Source: Nitrospinota bacterium
Lineage (GTDB): Bacteria > UBA8248
Assembly: GCA_046581755.1 (NCBI GenBank)
Contig: JAYGFR010000127.1
Span: 1-36,164 of the forward strand
DNA length: 36,164 bases
Reading direction: 5' to 3'
The notes beneath the pieces were generated by a model. That model did no database searches and was not told the origin of the DNA. It saw only the letters and a list, made by a program, of their open reading frames with translations. Below are positions 25,984-34,181 of this stretch, piece by piece. Numbering within the stretch: the stretch's first letter is position 1; each line of letters begins with the position of its first letter. The position numbers were made by a program, and so were the translations under genes.

Positions 25984-26661
25984 TCAACTTGCCTTCCCCT
26001 CTCGCGATATGATGATTTCCACCCGGCGGTTCTTGGCCCGGTTCGCCTTGGTTTGCGCATAAAGCGGGCGAAATTCAGCGTAGCCGGTGGCCGAAAACCT
26101 GTCGGCGGCCACTCCCCCTTCCGCCATCACCCGGACCACGGCGGCCGCCCGGGCGGCGGAAAGCTCCCAGTTCGAGGGATACTGGCCGCCCTTGGTTTGG
26201 GTGGCGTCGGTGTGGCCCTCGACGATGATTTTGTAGGGCAGCTTTTTCAGCATATCGCTCACCAAGAGAAGAAGGGGTTTCATGTCCCTGGACACCCGCG
26301 CGCCCCCGGAGCGGAAAAGGGCGCCGCCCACGATGTTCAGGACGATGCCCCTTTCGTTGATTGCCACATCGACAATATCCTGCAAGTTTCCCTCGTTTAT
26401 GATCTCCTCGACCTGGCTGCCCAGATTCTTGAACGAGGCCTCCGATGCCTTCTCGGAGACCAACAGGGTCGCGGTAGAAGACCCCGGGTCCGCGCCCAGC
26501 GCCTCGGCGATCGATTGCATGGCCTTGTCGAACTTGCCCTGATCGGGGCTCGATATCCCGATCAGGAGCACGAAAAACGTCAGTAAAAGGGCCATCATGT
26601 CCCCGAAGGTCATGAGCCATTCTTGTGGGGGATCCGGTTTCTTGGCTGGAGGTTTGTCCAT
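25984..26661 (-). CDS. motB: Stator protein MotB/PomB (OmpA-like peptidoglycan-binding domain)
   Basis: WLMTFGDMMALLLTFFVLL TM with the conserved Asp, plus EGHTD, SNWELSAARA and NRRVEI. Confidence 0.93.
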   Translation of the reverse strand: MDKPPAKKPDPPQEWLMTFGDMMALLLTFFVLLIGISSPDQGKFDKAMQSIAEALGADPGSSTATLLVSEKASEASFKNLGSQVEEIINEGNLQDIVDVAINERGIVLNIVGGALFRSGGARVSRDMKPLLLLVSDMLKKLPYKIIVEGHTDATQTKGGQYPSNWELSAARAAAVVRVMAEGGVAADRFSATGYAEFRPLYAQTKANRAKNRRVEIIISREGKAS

Positions 26662-26664
26662 GGG

Positions 26665-27468
26665 TTATCCGCCTTCCGCGGACTGGGACTTCTCACGCCG
26701 CATCATCCGATCGTAATGCTTTTGCCGCTGGGCGGGTAGGAGATGGGCGTTGAGCTTTTGCTCGATCAGGCGGGGATTGCTCCCTTCCTGGATCATCAAA
26801 ACGCCCTCGATGATGATCCGCACCCCCTGGGCTTCTGTCTCGGAGCGGTTTTCCAGCTTGTCCGCTATCGGGAGGAAAAACAGGTTCGAGGACAGCGCGC
26901 CGTAGAACGTGGTCACCAGGGCGACCGCCATGCCGGGGCCCAGGTTTTCAGTCCCGCCCGAGAGGCTCCGCAACATCGAGATCAGGCCGATCAGGGTTCC
27001 GATCAGGCCAAAGGCCGGGGAGAAGCGGCCCATCGATTTAAAAATTCGCGCGCCCTCGTCGTGGCGGACCAAAAGCCCATCGAGTTCGGTCTCGAGAACG
27101 GCGCGAACGATCTCGGGGGGCTGGCCATCGATGACGAGTTGGAGGCCCATTTGCATGATGCGGTTCTTGACGTTTTGCGCGTCGTTCTGAAGGTTGAGGA
27201 TCGACTCCTTGCGCGCCTTGTGGGCCAGGCGGACACAGGCGGAGATGTAGGCGCCCGCGTCGGATATTTCGGCGCCAAAAACGTTTTTCAAAATCTTGAA
27301 CACGCCGACGACGTTTTTTAGCGGGAACGAGATGAGTATGGCCGCAAGCGTGCCCCCACCGACGATCATGATAGATCCGGGATCGACGAAAATTCCGATT
27401 CCGCCCTGACTTAATATGGAGTAAAAAAGCAGGCCGCTACCCACTACAATTCCGATAACGGTGGACAC
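26665..27468 (-). CDS. motA: Stator protein MotA/PomA
   Basis: IVGGGT, GLQLVIDG, PAFGLIGTLIGL, GMAVALVTTFYG and PIADKL motifs. Confidence 0.93.
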   Translation of the reverse strand: MSTVIGIVVGSGLLFYSILSQGGIGIFVDPGSIMIVGGGTLAAILISFPLKNVVGVFKILKNVFGAEISDAGAYISACVRLAHKARKESILNLQNDAQNVKNRIMQMGLQLVIDGQPPEIVRAVLETELDGLLVRHDEGARIFKSMGRFSPAFGLIGTLIGLISMLRSLSGGTENLGPGMAVALVTTFYGALSSNLFFLPIADKLENRSETEAQGVRIIIEGVLMIQEGSNPRLIEQKLNAHLLPAQRQKHYDRMMRREKSQSAEGG

Positions 27469-27571
27469 GAGTGCGTGTTCTCCCTATCTAAATTCCCCGG
27501 GCGAATATCAGGTCCGACGCGCCGCACCCGGGCCAATCAGGAACCAGGCGCTTACAAATCATGAGCCCCAC

Positions 27572-27600
27572 ATTATGCGGGGAAATCCTCCAATCCTCAA
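27572..27600 (-). promoter_or_regulatory. Putative sigma70 promoter of motAB
   Basis: TTGAGG-N17-CATAAT. Confidence 0.4.
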
Positions 27601-27627
27601 ATCCCAATTTCTTTGATTTCATGGGGT

Positions 27628-28359
27628 TTATACCTTTCCATCCGGCGGGTAGAGAACCAGGGTCTCGGTCCAGGCCCGCCGGGATTGGGTCAGGAGGTGC
27701 TCCAGCGACTCGGCAACCGCCTCGGGCGGGATCATTTTGTCCATGTCGTACTCCCCTGGAATGGCCTCCCACATGCGGGTGGCGGTGGCGCCGGGCCGCA
27801 GGACGGTGACCCGAATCCCCTTTGGCCGCAACTCCTCGACCAGGGCCCGGGACATTCCTTCCAGCCCGGCCTTGGCGGCGCAATAGGCCGCCGCCCCTGG
27901 AAATCCGTCCACGGCGGCGATGGAGGAGATGTTGATCACATCCCCCCCGGCGCCCTCCATGAGGGGGACCAGGGAGCGGGTCACCAGATAGGGGGCCTTC
28001 AGGCAAACGGCCAGCGTGGCGTCGAAATCCTCCGGCGAGAGGACACCGATCTCCCCGAAAACGGCGGCCCCGGCATTATTCACCAGAGCGTCCACAGCCC
28101 CGAGGCGCTTTTCGGCGGCCTCGGCGAGGGCGGGCATGCTTTCCGGCCGGGTGACATCGCAGCTGTGCCCGAAGATCCGGCCCGCGAAGGACTTGGCCTC
28201 CATGGCCAGGGAGGCCAGGGCCTTGGCGTCCCTGGCGACGCCGAGCACCGCCGCACCGCCCCGGGCGAGGCGCAGCGCGCAGGCCCGCCCGATTCCGCGC
28301 GTGGCGCCCGTGAGAACAATCCGCTTGCCCGCGAGCCCGCCGAAGCCCTCCGCCGCCAT
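27628..28359 (-). CDS. Short-chain dehydrogenase, bacterial sepiapterin-reductase-like
   Basis: TGATRGIG, NNAG..FG, YCAAK and PGATAT.MW motifs. Coupled to the PTPS gene. Confidence 0.85.
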   Translation of the reverse strand: MAAEGFGGLAGKRIVLTGATRGIGRACALRLARGGAAVLGVARDAKALASLAMEAKSFAGRIFGHSCDVTRPESMPALAEAAEKRLGAVDALVNNAGAAVFGEIGVLSPEDFDATLAVCLKAPYLVTRSLVPLMEGAGGDVINISSIAAVDGFPGAAAYCAAKAGLEGMSRALVEELRPKGIRVTVLRPGATATRMWEAIPGEYDMDKMIPPEAVAESLEHLLTQSRRAWTETLVLYPPDGKV

Positions 28360-28360
28360 C

Positions 28361-28774
28361 CTACCTCCCACCGTAGTAATCGACGAAATTCCGCTCGTTC
28401 TCGAAAAGGCGCACCCGGTGGAGTAGCCCCGCCTCGATGTGCTCCTCGAGCCGCTCCCAGATCGAGATGGCGATATTCTCGGCCGTCGGGATGCGGTTTT
28501 TCATGAAGCCGGCGGCGTCCTCGTTCAGGTTCTTGTGATCCACCTTGTCGATAATCTCCCGGCGCATGGCGGTTTTCAGATCGGCAAGGTTGTAGGTCAT
28601 CCCCGTCGCCGGGTCCACGGGGCCGCGAAGGGTCACCTCGACGGTATAGTTATGGCCGTGGTAGTGGGGATTCGCGCACTTGCCGTACAGGGCCTCGTTT
28701 TCCTCGTCCGAAAAATCGGGGTTGAACAGGCGGTGGGCCGCGCTGAATTCCTCGCGGCGGGTGATTTCCATCAT
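28361..28774 (-). CDS. 6-pyruvoyl-tetrahydropterin synthase, PTPS-II type
   Basis: FSAAHRL, GKCANPHYHGHNY (C-x5-HGH), DHKNLN and PTAENIA motifs. ATGA overlap with the upstream gene. Confidence 0.9.
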   Translation of the reverse strand: MMEITRREEFSAAHRLFNPDFSDEENEALYGKCANPHYHGHNYTVEVTLRGPVDPATGMTYNLADLKTAMRREIIDKVDHKNLNEDAAGFMKNRIPTAENIAISIWERLEEHIEAGLLHRVRLFENERNFVDYYGGR

Positions 28775-29988
28775 CCGGCTTTCTCCTCCGGCAGGGGATC
28801 CACGACCGGGCATTCGGCGGAAATCATGTCCGCGTATTTAAGCGCGGTGGCTGTGTTGAAAACGACGATGCGCTCGTCCGCACCCACCGCGCCGCGCTCC
28901 TTGAGCACGCGGAGGGCCGCGATGCAGGCCGCCCCCTCCGGGCAGAGCAAAAACCCGCCGGCCCCGCCGGCCTCGCGCTGGGCCTCGAACATCGCCTCGT
29001 CCGGAACCGCCGCCGCCGCGCCGCCGCTTTCGCGGATCGCCGCCAGGCACAGGGAATCGGCCAGCACCTTGGGCGCGCGAAGCCCGGACACCTTCGTCGT
29101 GGGGTTTTCCCACAACTCCGCATTCGGGCGGCCCGCCTCGAAGGCCTTCACCAGGGGAGCGCACCCCTCGGCCTGGACCGAGATCATGCGCGGGCGCGCG
29201 GAGCCGATCCACCCGAGCGCCTCCATCTCCCCGAACGCCTTCCACATCGCCACCAGGCCCGTGCCGCCGCCGGTGGGATACACAATGGCGTCTGGAAGCT
29301 CTCCGTTCAACTGCTCGAAGAGTTCAAACGTCATCGTCTTTTTTCCCTCGGCGCGGTAGGGCTCCCGGAAGGTGGAGAGATCGAACCACCCCCTCGAAGG
29401 CCCCATCCGGGCGGCGATGGCCCCGCAGTGGTAGATCGTGCCGCGCACCTCGGTCACGAACGCACCGGCCAGGGCGCACTCGGCCTTGTGCACGGGCGGT
29501 GCGTCCGCCGGGACGAAAATATGGGCCTCGATCCCCGCGCGGGAGGCATAGGCCGCCGCCGCCCCCCCGGCATTCCCCGCCGTGGGGACAACCACCTTCT
29601 CCGCCCCGAGCAGGCGGGCCATGGTGATCGCCACCGACATCCCCCGCGCCTTGAAGCTGCCCGTCGGGTTCGTTCCCTCGTCCTTGATGTAGAGCCGCGA
29701 GAGACCCAGGCGCGCGCCCAGGCGCGGCGCCGCGAGGAGGGGAGTCATCCCCTCGCCGAGGGACACGATGGCTCCGGGTGCGGGTGCGGGAAGAACCTCA
29801 TGATAGCGCCACATATCGGACCGCCGCTCCCGCAAGGCCTCGGGCCGGAGGGTCCGCGCGGCGGCCTCGAGATCATAGCGCGCCAGAAGGGGCGCCCCCG
29901 CCGGGCTCAGGTTCATCAAGCCCCCGGCCGGAAGACGTTCGCCCGTTTTCGAGCACTCCAGATGCGTCAACGAAGAAAATGCGCTCAA
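28771..29988 (-). CDS. thrC: Threonine synthase-like PLP enzyme
   Basis: SLGEGMTPL, KDEGTNPTGSFKARG, TAGNAG, EGKKT, YPTGGG and VQAEGCAP motifs. TTG start after GGAGG. Confidence 0.85.
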   Translation of the reverse strand: MSAFSSLTHLECSKTGERLPAGGLMNLSPAGAPLLARYDLEAAARTLRPEALRERRSDMWRYHEVLPAPAPGAIVSLGEGMTPLLAAPRLGARLGLSRLYIKDEGTNPTGSFKARGMSVAITMARLLGAEKVVVPTAGNAGGAAAAYASRAGIEAHIFVPADAPPVHKAECALAGAFVTEVRGTIYHCGAIAARMGPSRGWFDLSTFREPYRAEGKKTMTFELFEQLNGELPDAIVYPTGGGTGLVAMWKAFGEMEALGWIGSARPRMISVQAEGCAPLVKAFEAGRPNAELWENPTTKVSGLRAPKVLADSLCLAAIRESGGAAAAVPDEAMFEAQREAGGAGGFLLCPEGAACIAALRVLKERGAVGADERIVVFNTATALKYADMISAECPVVDPLPEEKAG

Positions 29989-30072
29989 TCCGCCTCCCTC
30001 CACCGCTTCGAGCCCGTCCGGCCCCCCACCGTTTCGGCCCGGCCCGGCCAGAAACGGGATTGGAATCTCACC

Positions 30073-30106
30073 GCCAAGGTTCGGTATAAGCCAAGGTTCG
30101 GTATAA
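30073..30106 (+). repeat. Perfect 17-bp tandem duplication
   Basis: GCCAAGGTTCGGTATAA x2. The second copy ends in TATAAT. Confidence 0.9.
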
Positions 30107-30149
30107 TGAGAATATACGCAGAACCCCTATTCCCAAAACGGAAAAAGAT

Positions 30150-30380
30150 ATGAAACCCCGGATGCGCAGAAAAGAAAGCCTCGAATTGACCCCCGCCGCC
30201 CTCCCGGGGGAGGAACGGATGGCCTGCGCGCCGGGCGGCACCCTCACCGTCCCGGCCGGAACCCTCCACGGCGCGGCGAACCGGGGCGGCGGTGCGAGCG
30301 GGCGGCTCGGCTTTTTCATTCCCGAAACCGATAAAGCGGATCCCGGGCGCACCGACCTTGCGCCCGGGATCGAGATTTAA
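30150..30380 (+). pseudogene. Truncated cupin-domain remnant
   Basis: Only cupin motif 2 is present (PGGTLTVPAGTLHGAANRG). Motif 1 is absent. Confidence 0.55.
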
Positions 30381-30409
30381 TCCAGCCTCGTTTTAAAAGG
30401 AGATCTTTC

Positions 30410-31285
30410 ATGGCAAGCCGAGCGAAGGTCATGCTCGCACCCGCGAAAACCGAAGGAATGGTCAAGGTCACGAACGGCGTCTACGCTTACATCGGCGGCG
30501 GCGGGCGGACAAACTTCGGCCTCATCACCACGAGCGGCAGACCCGTCGTCATCGACAACGACATCCGGGTCAGAAAACCGTTTCTCGCGGGCATGCGCCG
30601 CATCACGCGCCAAGATGCAGGACTCGTCCTCAACACCCACCACAACTTCGACCACACCGCCGACAACGCCTACTACACCAAGCGGGGAGCTATCTCGTTC
30701 GGCGTCGATATCATCCGTGAGGAGATGGAGCGCGAGTACGCCTCGGGCAACTGGGTCAAGCAGATGGACGGGCGCGGACCCAGCGTCAAGCACCTGATCG
30801 GCAAGCTCCCCATCGCTCCGCCCATGGTCACCTTCGATGAGCAGATCGACATCCGCTACGGCGGCCGGCTGTTCCAGATGATCTACATCGACCACTGCCA
30901 CACCAAGGGGGACAGCGTAATCTGGATGCCCGAAGAGGGCGTCCTCTTCGCGGGCGACCTGCTCACCTACCGGACCCACCCGGTGAACCGGCTCGGGGAT
31001 TTCCTTAACTGGATTCCGGCCCTCGCCCTCCTCAAGAAATTTCCGGTGAAATACATCGTCCCCGGCCACGGGCCCCTGCCCCCGCGCGGGGGCGGAGTCA
31101 TCGAGGAGGTAAAAACCTTCCTCAACCGGCTCAAGAGTCGGACCGGGGCGGCGCTCCAAAAACACGGGACACCCGCGAAAGCGGCCAAGGCCGTCCGGAT
31201 GCCCGAGTACGCCAAATGGTTCCGTGCCCAGAACGTGCCCAACAACGCGCTCAAGATGGCCAGGGATTTGAGGAAAAAGCGGTAG
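30410..31285 (+). CDS. MBL-fold metallo-hydrolase (cyclase-like)
   Basis: NTHHNFDH, HTKGD, FAGDLL and VPGHG motifs. AAAAGGAG RBS. Confidence 0.9.
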   Translation: MASRAKVMLAPAKTEGMVKVTNGVYAYIGGGGRTNFGLITTSGRPVVIDNDIRVRKPFLAGMRRITRQDAGLVLNTHHNFDHTADNAYYTKRGAISFGVDIIREEMEREYASGNWVKQMDGRGPSVKHLIGKLPIAPPMVTFDEQIDIRYGGRLFQMIYIDHCHTKGDSVIWMPEEGVLFAGDLLTYRTHPVNRLGDFLNWIPALALLKKFPVKYIVPGHGPLPPRGGGVIEEVKTFLNRLKSRTGAALQKHGTPAKAAKAVRMPEYAKWFRAQNVPNNALKMARDLRKKR

Positions 31286-31332
31286 GAAATTTCCGCGCTG
31301 TCGTTCTTGGGAGCGGCCGGCAGGCGGGATAG

Positions 31333-31896
31333 CTACTCCCACGCGCCGGGCGGGGGCTCGCCGCTAAAATCCTCGGGGCGGACATCGCCCCGGGCGCGGC
31401 GGGAGATGAGCTCCCCGGAGGGCAGGGCGAATCGGCTCTCGACCTCGGCGGAGCTCGACCAGGGTGCATCGTTCCGGAACCCGCCAATGCGGATTTCGCC
31501 CCGGACGATGAGAAGGTCCCCCTCGGCGCGCGGGGTCTCGCGCACAATGCCGCACCGCTCGTCCAGAAAGCGCACCTCCCCGTCCCCGGCCCCGAAGGCG
31601 ATGACGGCGCCGCCGCGCCGCCAATCGACGGTGGCGAACTCTCCCCCATCCTCGCTCCGGCTCATGCCGGCCGTGCTGGTTCCGGCGATGCAGAGCCCGC
31701 CCCAGAGGAGCGGGGGCGACAGGGCCCAGCCCACCGGGCTTTCCGCCCGCCAGAGGAAGTTTCCGCCCGCGCGGGCGATGGCGAAAAAGAGCCCGCTGTC
31801 CTTGTCGTTGAGGGCGCCGAAGACGGTCTCCTCGCTGGCGGCGTACAGGCGGGTCAACACCCCGAGGCGGGTCATCAACTCTTCGGGTGATATCAT
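31333..31896 (-). CDS. Hypothetical protein with possible PQQ-like beta-propeller repeats
   Basis: GGGAG RBS plus ATG. The segments LFFAIARAGGNFLWR and VIAFGAGDGEVRF resemble propeller blades. Confidence 0.5.
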   Translation of the reverse strand: MISPEELMTRLGVLTRLYAASEETVFGALNDKDSGLFFAIARAGGNFLWRAESPVGWALSPPLLWGGLCIAGTSTAGMSRSEDGGEFATVDWRRGGAVIAFGAGDGEVRFLDERCGIVRETPRAEGDLLIVRGEIRIGGFRNDAPWSSSAEVESRFALPSGELISRRARGDVRPEDFSGEPPPGAWE

Positions 31897-32076
31897 CCGG
31901 CTCTCCCGGCGGCGGCGGGCCTCCCGGCCCGGAATCCGGCACATCGCGGAAAATAAACCCCTTGCGGGATTCGGGCGAAGCTGGGATGATCGTTTCCGCG
32001 CCGCCCGGCGGCCTCCCGCGCCCCCGAGGCGGGGAGGCGGGACAAATATGCGGCGCTCTGTCCCGGAGGAAAACGA

Positions 32077-33417
32077 TTGAGCGAGAGGGGCCATCTTTTG
32101 CCGATAAGCATCCCGCGCATCCGGGAAGAACTCTGGCGCCTCCTCCGGGAGGGAAACGCCGCGCTCCGGCTGCCCGTATTGGCGCTTGTGCGGTTCTACT
32201 CGGGCCAGGCCCCGCTCCGGGCCGCCGCGCTGACCTATACGACCCTGCTCGCCATCGTTCCGATTATGGCGTTCGGCTTCGCCATCCTCCGGGGGCTGGG
32301 CTTCGACCAAGGTATCTACGAGTACATCCTGGCCCAGCTCGGCCCCGTGTTCAACACCGATATCCGGGAAAAACTCTTCGCCTTCATCGCCAAGGTCAAC
32401 TTCAAGACCCTGGGCGCGACCGGGCTGGGGGTCTTCCTCGTGAGCATCATCCTCACCCTCAACACGGTGGAGCGCTCGCTAAACGTCATGTTCGGGGTGC
32501 GGAAGGCGCGCCCCCTGGTCCGCAAGTTCACCGACTATTTCAGCCTCATTTTTTTCACTCCGCTCCTGCTCGCCATCATCGTCAGCTCGACGACGCTGTT
32601 TAAGATCCGGGGATTTATCGCCTCCCTGGGCTCCTACTGGTTCCTGACCACCGGGGCGGAGCTCCTTCTCAAGCTGGTTCCGCTGGTGGGATCGATTTTC
32701 CTGGTCACGCTGATGCTGATCGTGCTCCCGAACAGGCCGGTCCGGCTGATCCCCAGCCTCGCCGGGGGGACGGTCGGCGGGGTGCTGATGTTCATCCTGC
32801 AATGGGTCTACGTGAGCGTGCAGGTGGGATTCGCGGGCAAGATGGCCATCTACGGCGCCCTGGCCCAGCTTCCTATCCTGATGGTCTGGATCTATCTCGG
32901 GTGGTGCATTCTGTTCTACGCGGCGGGCCTCGCGGCCCTTGTCGAGGGGCTGCCGGCGCGGGCCGGCGTCGGGGAGGCCCTCCAGGCGGAGGGCTCCGGC
33001 TGGGAGGCGGCCCTGCTGGTGATGAGCGCCCTCGCCCGCCGGGCGGCGACGCGCGAGCCGCCCTGGACCCTCGGCCACCTCGAAAAAAAGCTGGACTATC
33101 CGGCGGAAATCTTGAACACTGTCGTATATCGCTTGAAGAAAAGTGGACTTGTGGCCGAGACGGAAGAGGAAGGACATCTCATTCCGGCGCGAAGCACGGC
33201 CGCGATCGCGGCGGTCGAGATTTTCGAGGCCATCGAAGATGAGCCGTCTCCGGTGAAGGACCCCGAATTCGCCGGTGCATCGGAGCTTCTACGCAGAATG
33301 AACCAGGGGCGCCGCGCGGCCCTCGAGGGAATCACGCTCGAGGAACTGCTTGCCGGCAAGGGAGCGGATGGGGTAGAGAGCGCCGCCGGGGCGCAGGACG
33401 CTCTGCCCGCTGCCTAG
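32077..33417 (+). CDS. YihY/BrkB-family membrane protein with a C-terminal winged-helix extension
   Basis: AAALTYTTLLAIVP, VERSLN, IYGALAQLPILMVWIYLGW, then RLKKSGLV...LIPAR. Confidence 0.88.
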   Translation: MSERGHLLPISIPRIREELWRLLREGNAALRLPVLALVRFYSGQAPLRAAALTYTTLLAIVPIMAFGFAILRGLGFDQGIYEYILAQLGPVFNTDIREKLFAFIAKVNFKTLGATGLGVFLVSIILTLNTVERSLNVMFGVRKARPLVRKFTDYFSLIFFTPLLLAIIVSSTTLFKIRGFIASLGSYWFLTTGAELLLKLVPLVGSIFLVTLMLIVLPNRPVRLIPSLAGGTVGGVLMFILQWVYVSVQVGFAGKMAIYGALAQLPILMVWIYLGWCILFYAAGLAALVEGLPARAGVGEALQAEGSGWEAALLVMSALARRAATREPPWTLGHLEKKLDYPAEILNTVVYRLKKSGLVAETEEEGHLIPARSTAAIAAVEIFEAIEDEPSPVKDPEFAGASELLRRMNQGRRAALEGITLEELLAGKGADGVESAAGAQDALPAA

Positions 33418-33518
33418 CCCGATCACAGGCCGCGGATCGCCCGAGGCCACAGGGAATCCCGAGGCCGCGGGAAACACGAAAACCGCTACGGAGTTCGGCA
33501 CACTGGGAGGATGCGATC

Positions 33519-34100
33519 ATGGCGGTCATCACCATCTCGCGCCAGTACGGCACCGGCGGAATCGCCATCGCTCAAAAAATTTCCGAGAAGCTCGGCTACA
33601 GCTTTATGTATATCGACGAGCTGGTCGCGGCCTGCCGCGAGCGCGGGCTGGACATCGACCTGGAGCGGATTGAGGGCCGCCCCCCGAAGCTGGTCGATCG
33701 GCTCTTCGGCTTGAACCGCGCGAAGGTGATCGAAACGATTCGGGAGGTGATGGAAGAAGCCGCCCGGGCCGGCAATGTCGTCATCGGCGGTTGGGGGGGC
33801 CAGATCCTGCTCAAGGATTGCCCCGATGTTTTTCATCTGCGGATCGTGGGCTCGGACGAGTCGCGCACCCGCCACATCATGAGTTCGGCCGGGGTGCCCC
33901 GCGTCCAGGCCGAGGAGATCGTCGAAACCACCGACCGCAACCAGAGCCTGTTCTCGAACTATTTTTTCAAGGCGGATTTTTCGGACCCCAAGCTCTACCA
34001 CGCCGTCATCAACATCGATCGAACCTCCCCGGAAGAGATATGCGATATCGTCCCGCTCATGCTCGGGGAAATGAGGACCCCATCCCTCCAGAGCGATTGA
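33519..34100 (+). CDS. Cytidylate kinase-like family protein
   Basis: VITISRQYGTGG..IA, VVIGGWGG and YHAVINID motifs. Confidence 0.85.
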   Translation: MAVITISRQYGTGGIAIAQKISEKLGYSFMYIDELVAACRERGLDIDLERIEGRPPKLVDRLFGLNRAKVIETIREVMEEAARAGNVVIGGWGGQILLKDCPDVFHLRIVGSDESRTRHIMSSAGVPRVQAEEIVETTDRNQSLFSNYFFKADFSDPKLYHAVINIDRTSPEEICDIVPLMLGEMRTPSLQSD

Positions 34101-34181
34101 TCCGGAAAAGCCCTCCCCGGTAGCGGCGCGGCCCCTTTCATCCAGAGGCCGCGGGTTTGCCCGACTTGCGGAGGCCGCCGA

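Noticed and set aside
25859..25987. N-terminal part of the listed 229-aa ORF
   Set aside because: It overlaps a good sigma70 promoter and has no similarity to the paralog, so it is probably not translated.
25984..27468. Zorya (ZorAB) anti-phage system
   Set aside because: MotA is of normal stator length with no long cytoplasmic tail, and there are no zorC/D/E-like genes nearby.
28361..28774. queD (queuosine pathway)
   Set aside because: The motif spacing is C-x5-HGH rather than C-x3-HGH, and the neighbour is an SDR rather than queC/E/F.
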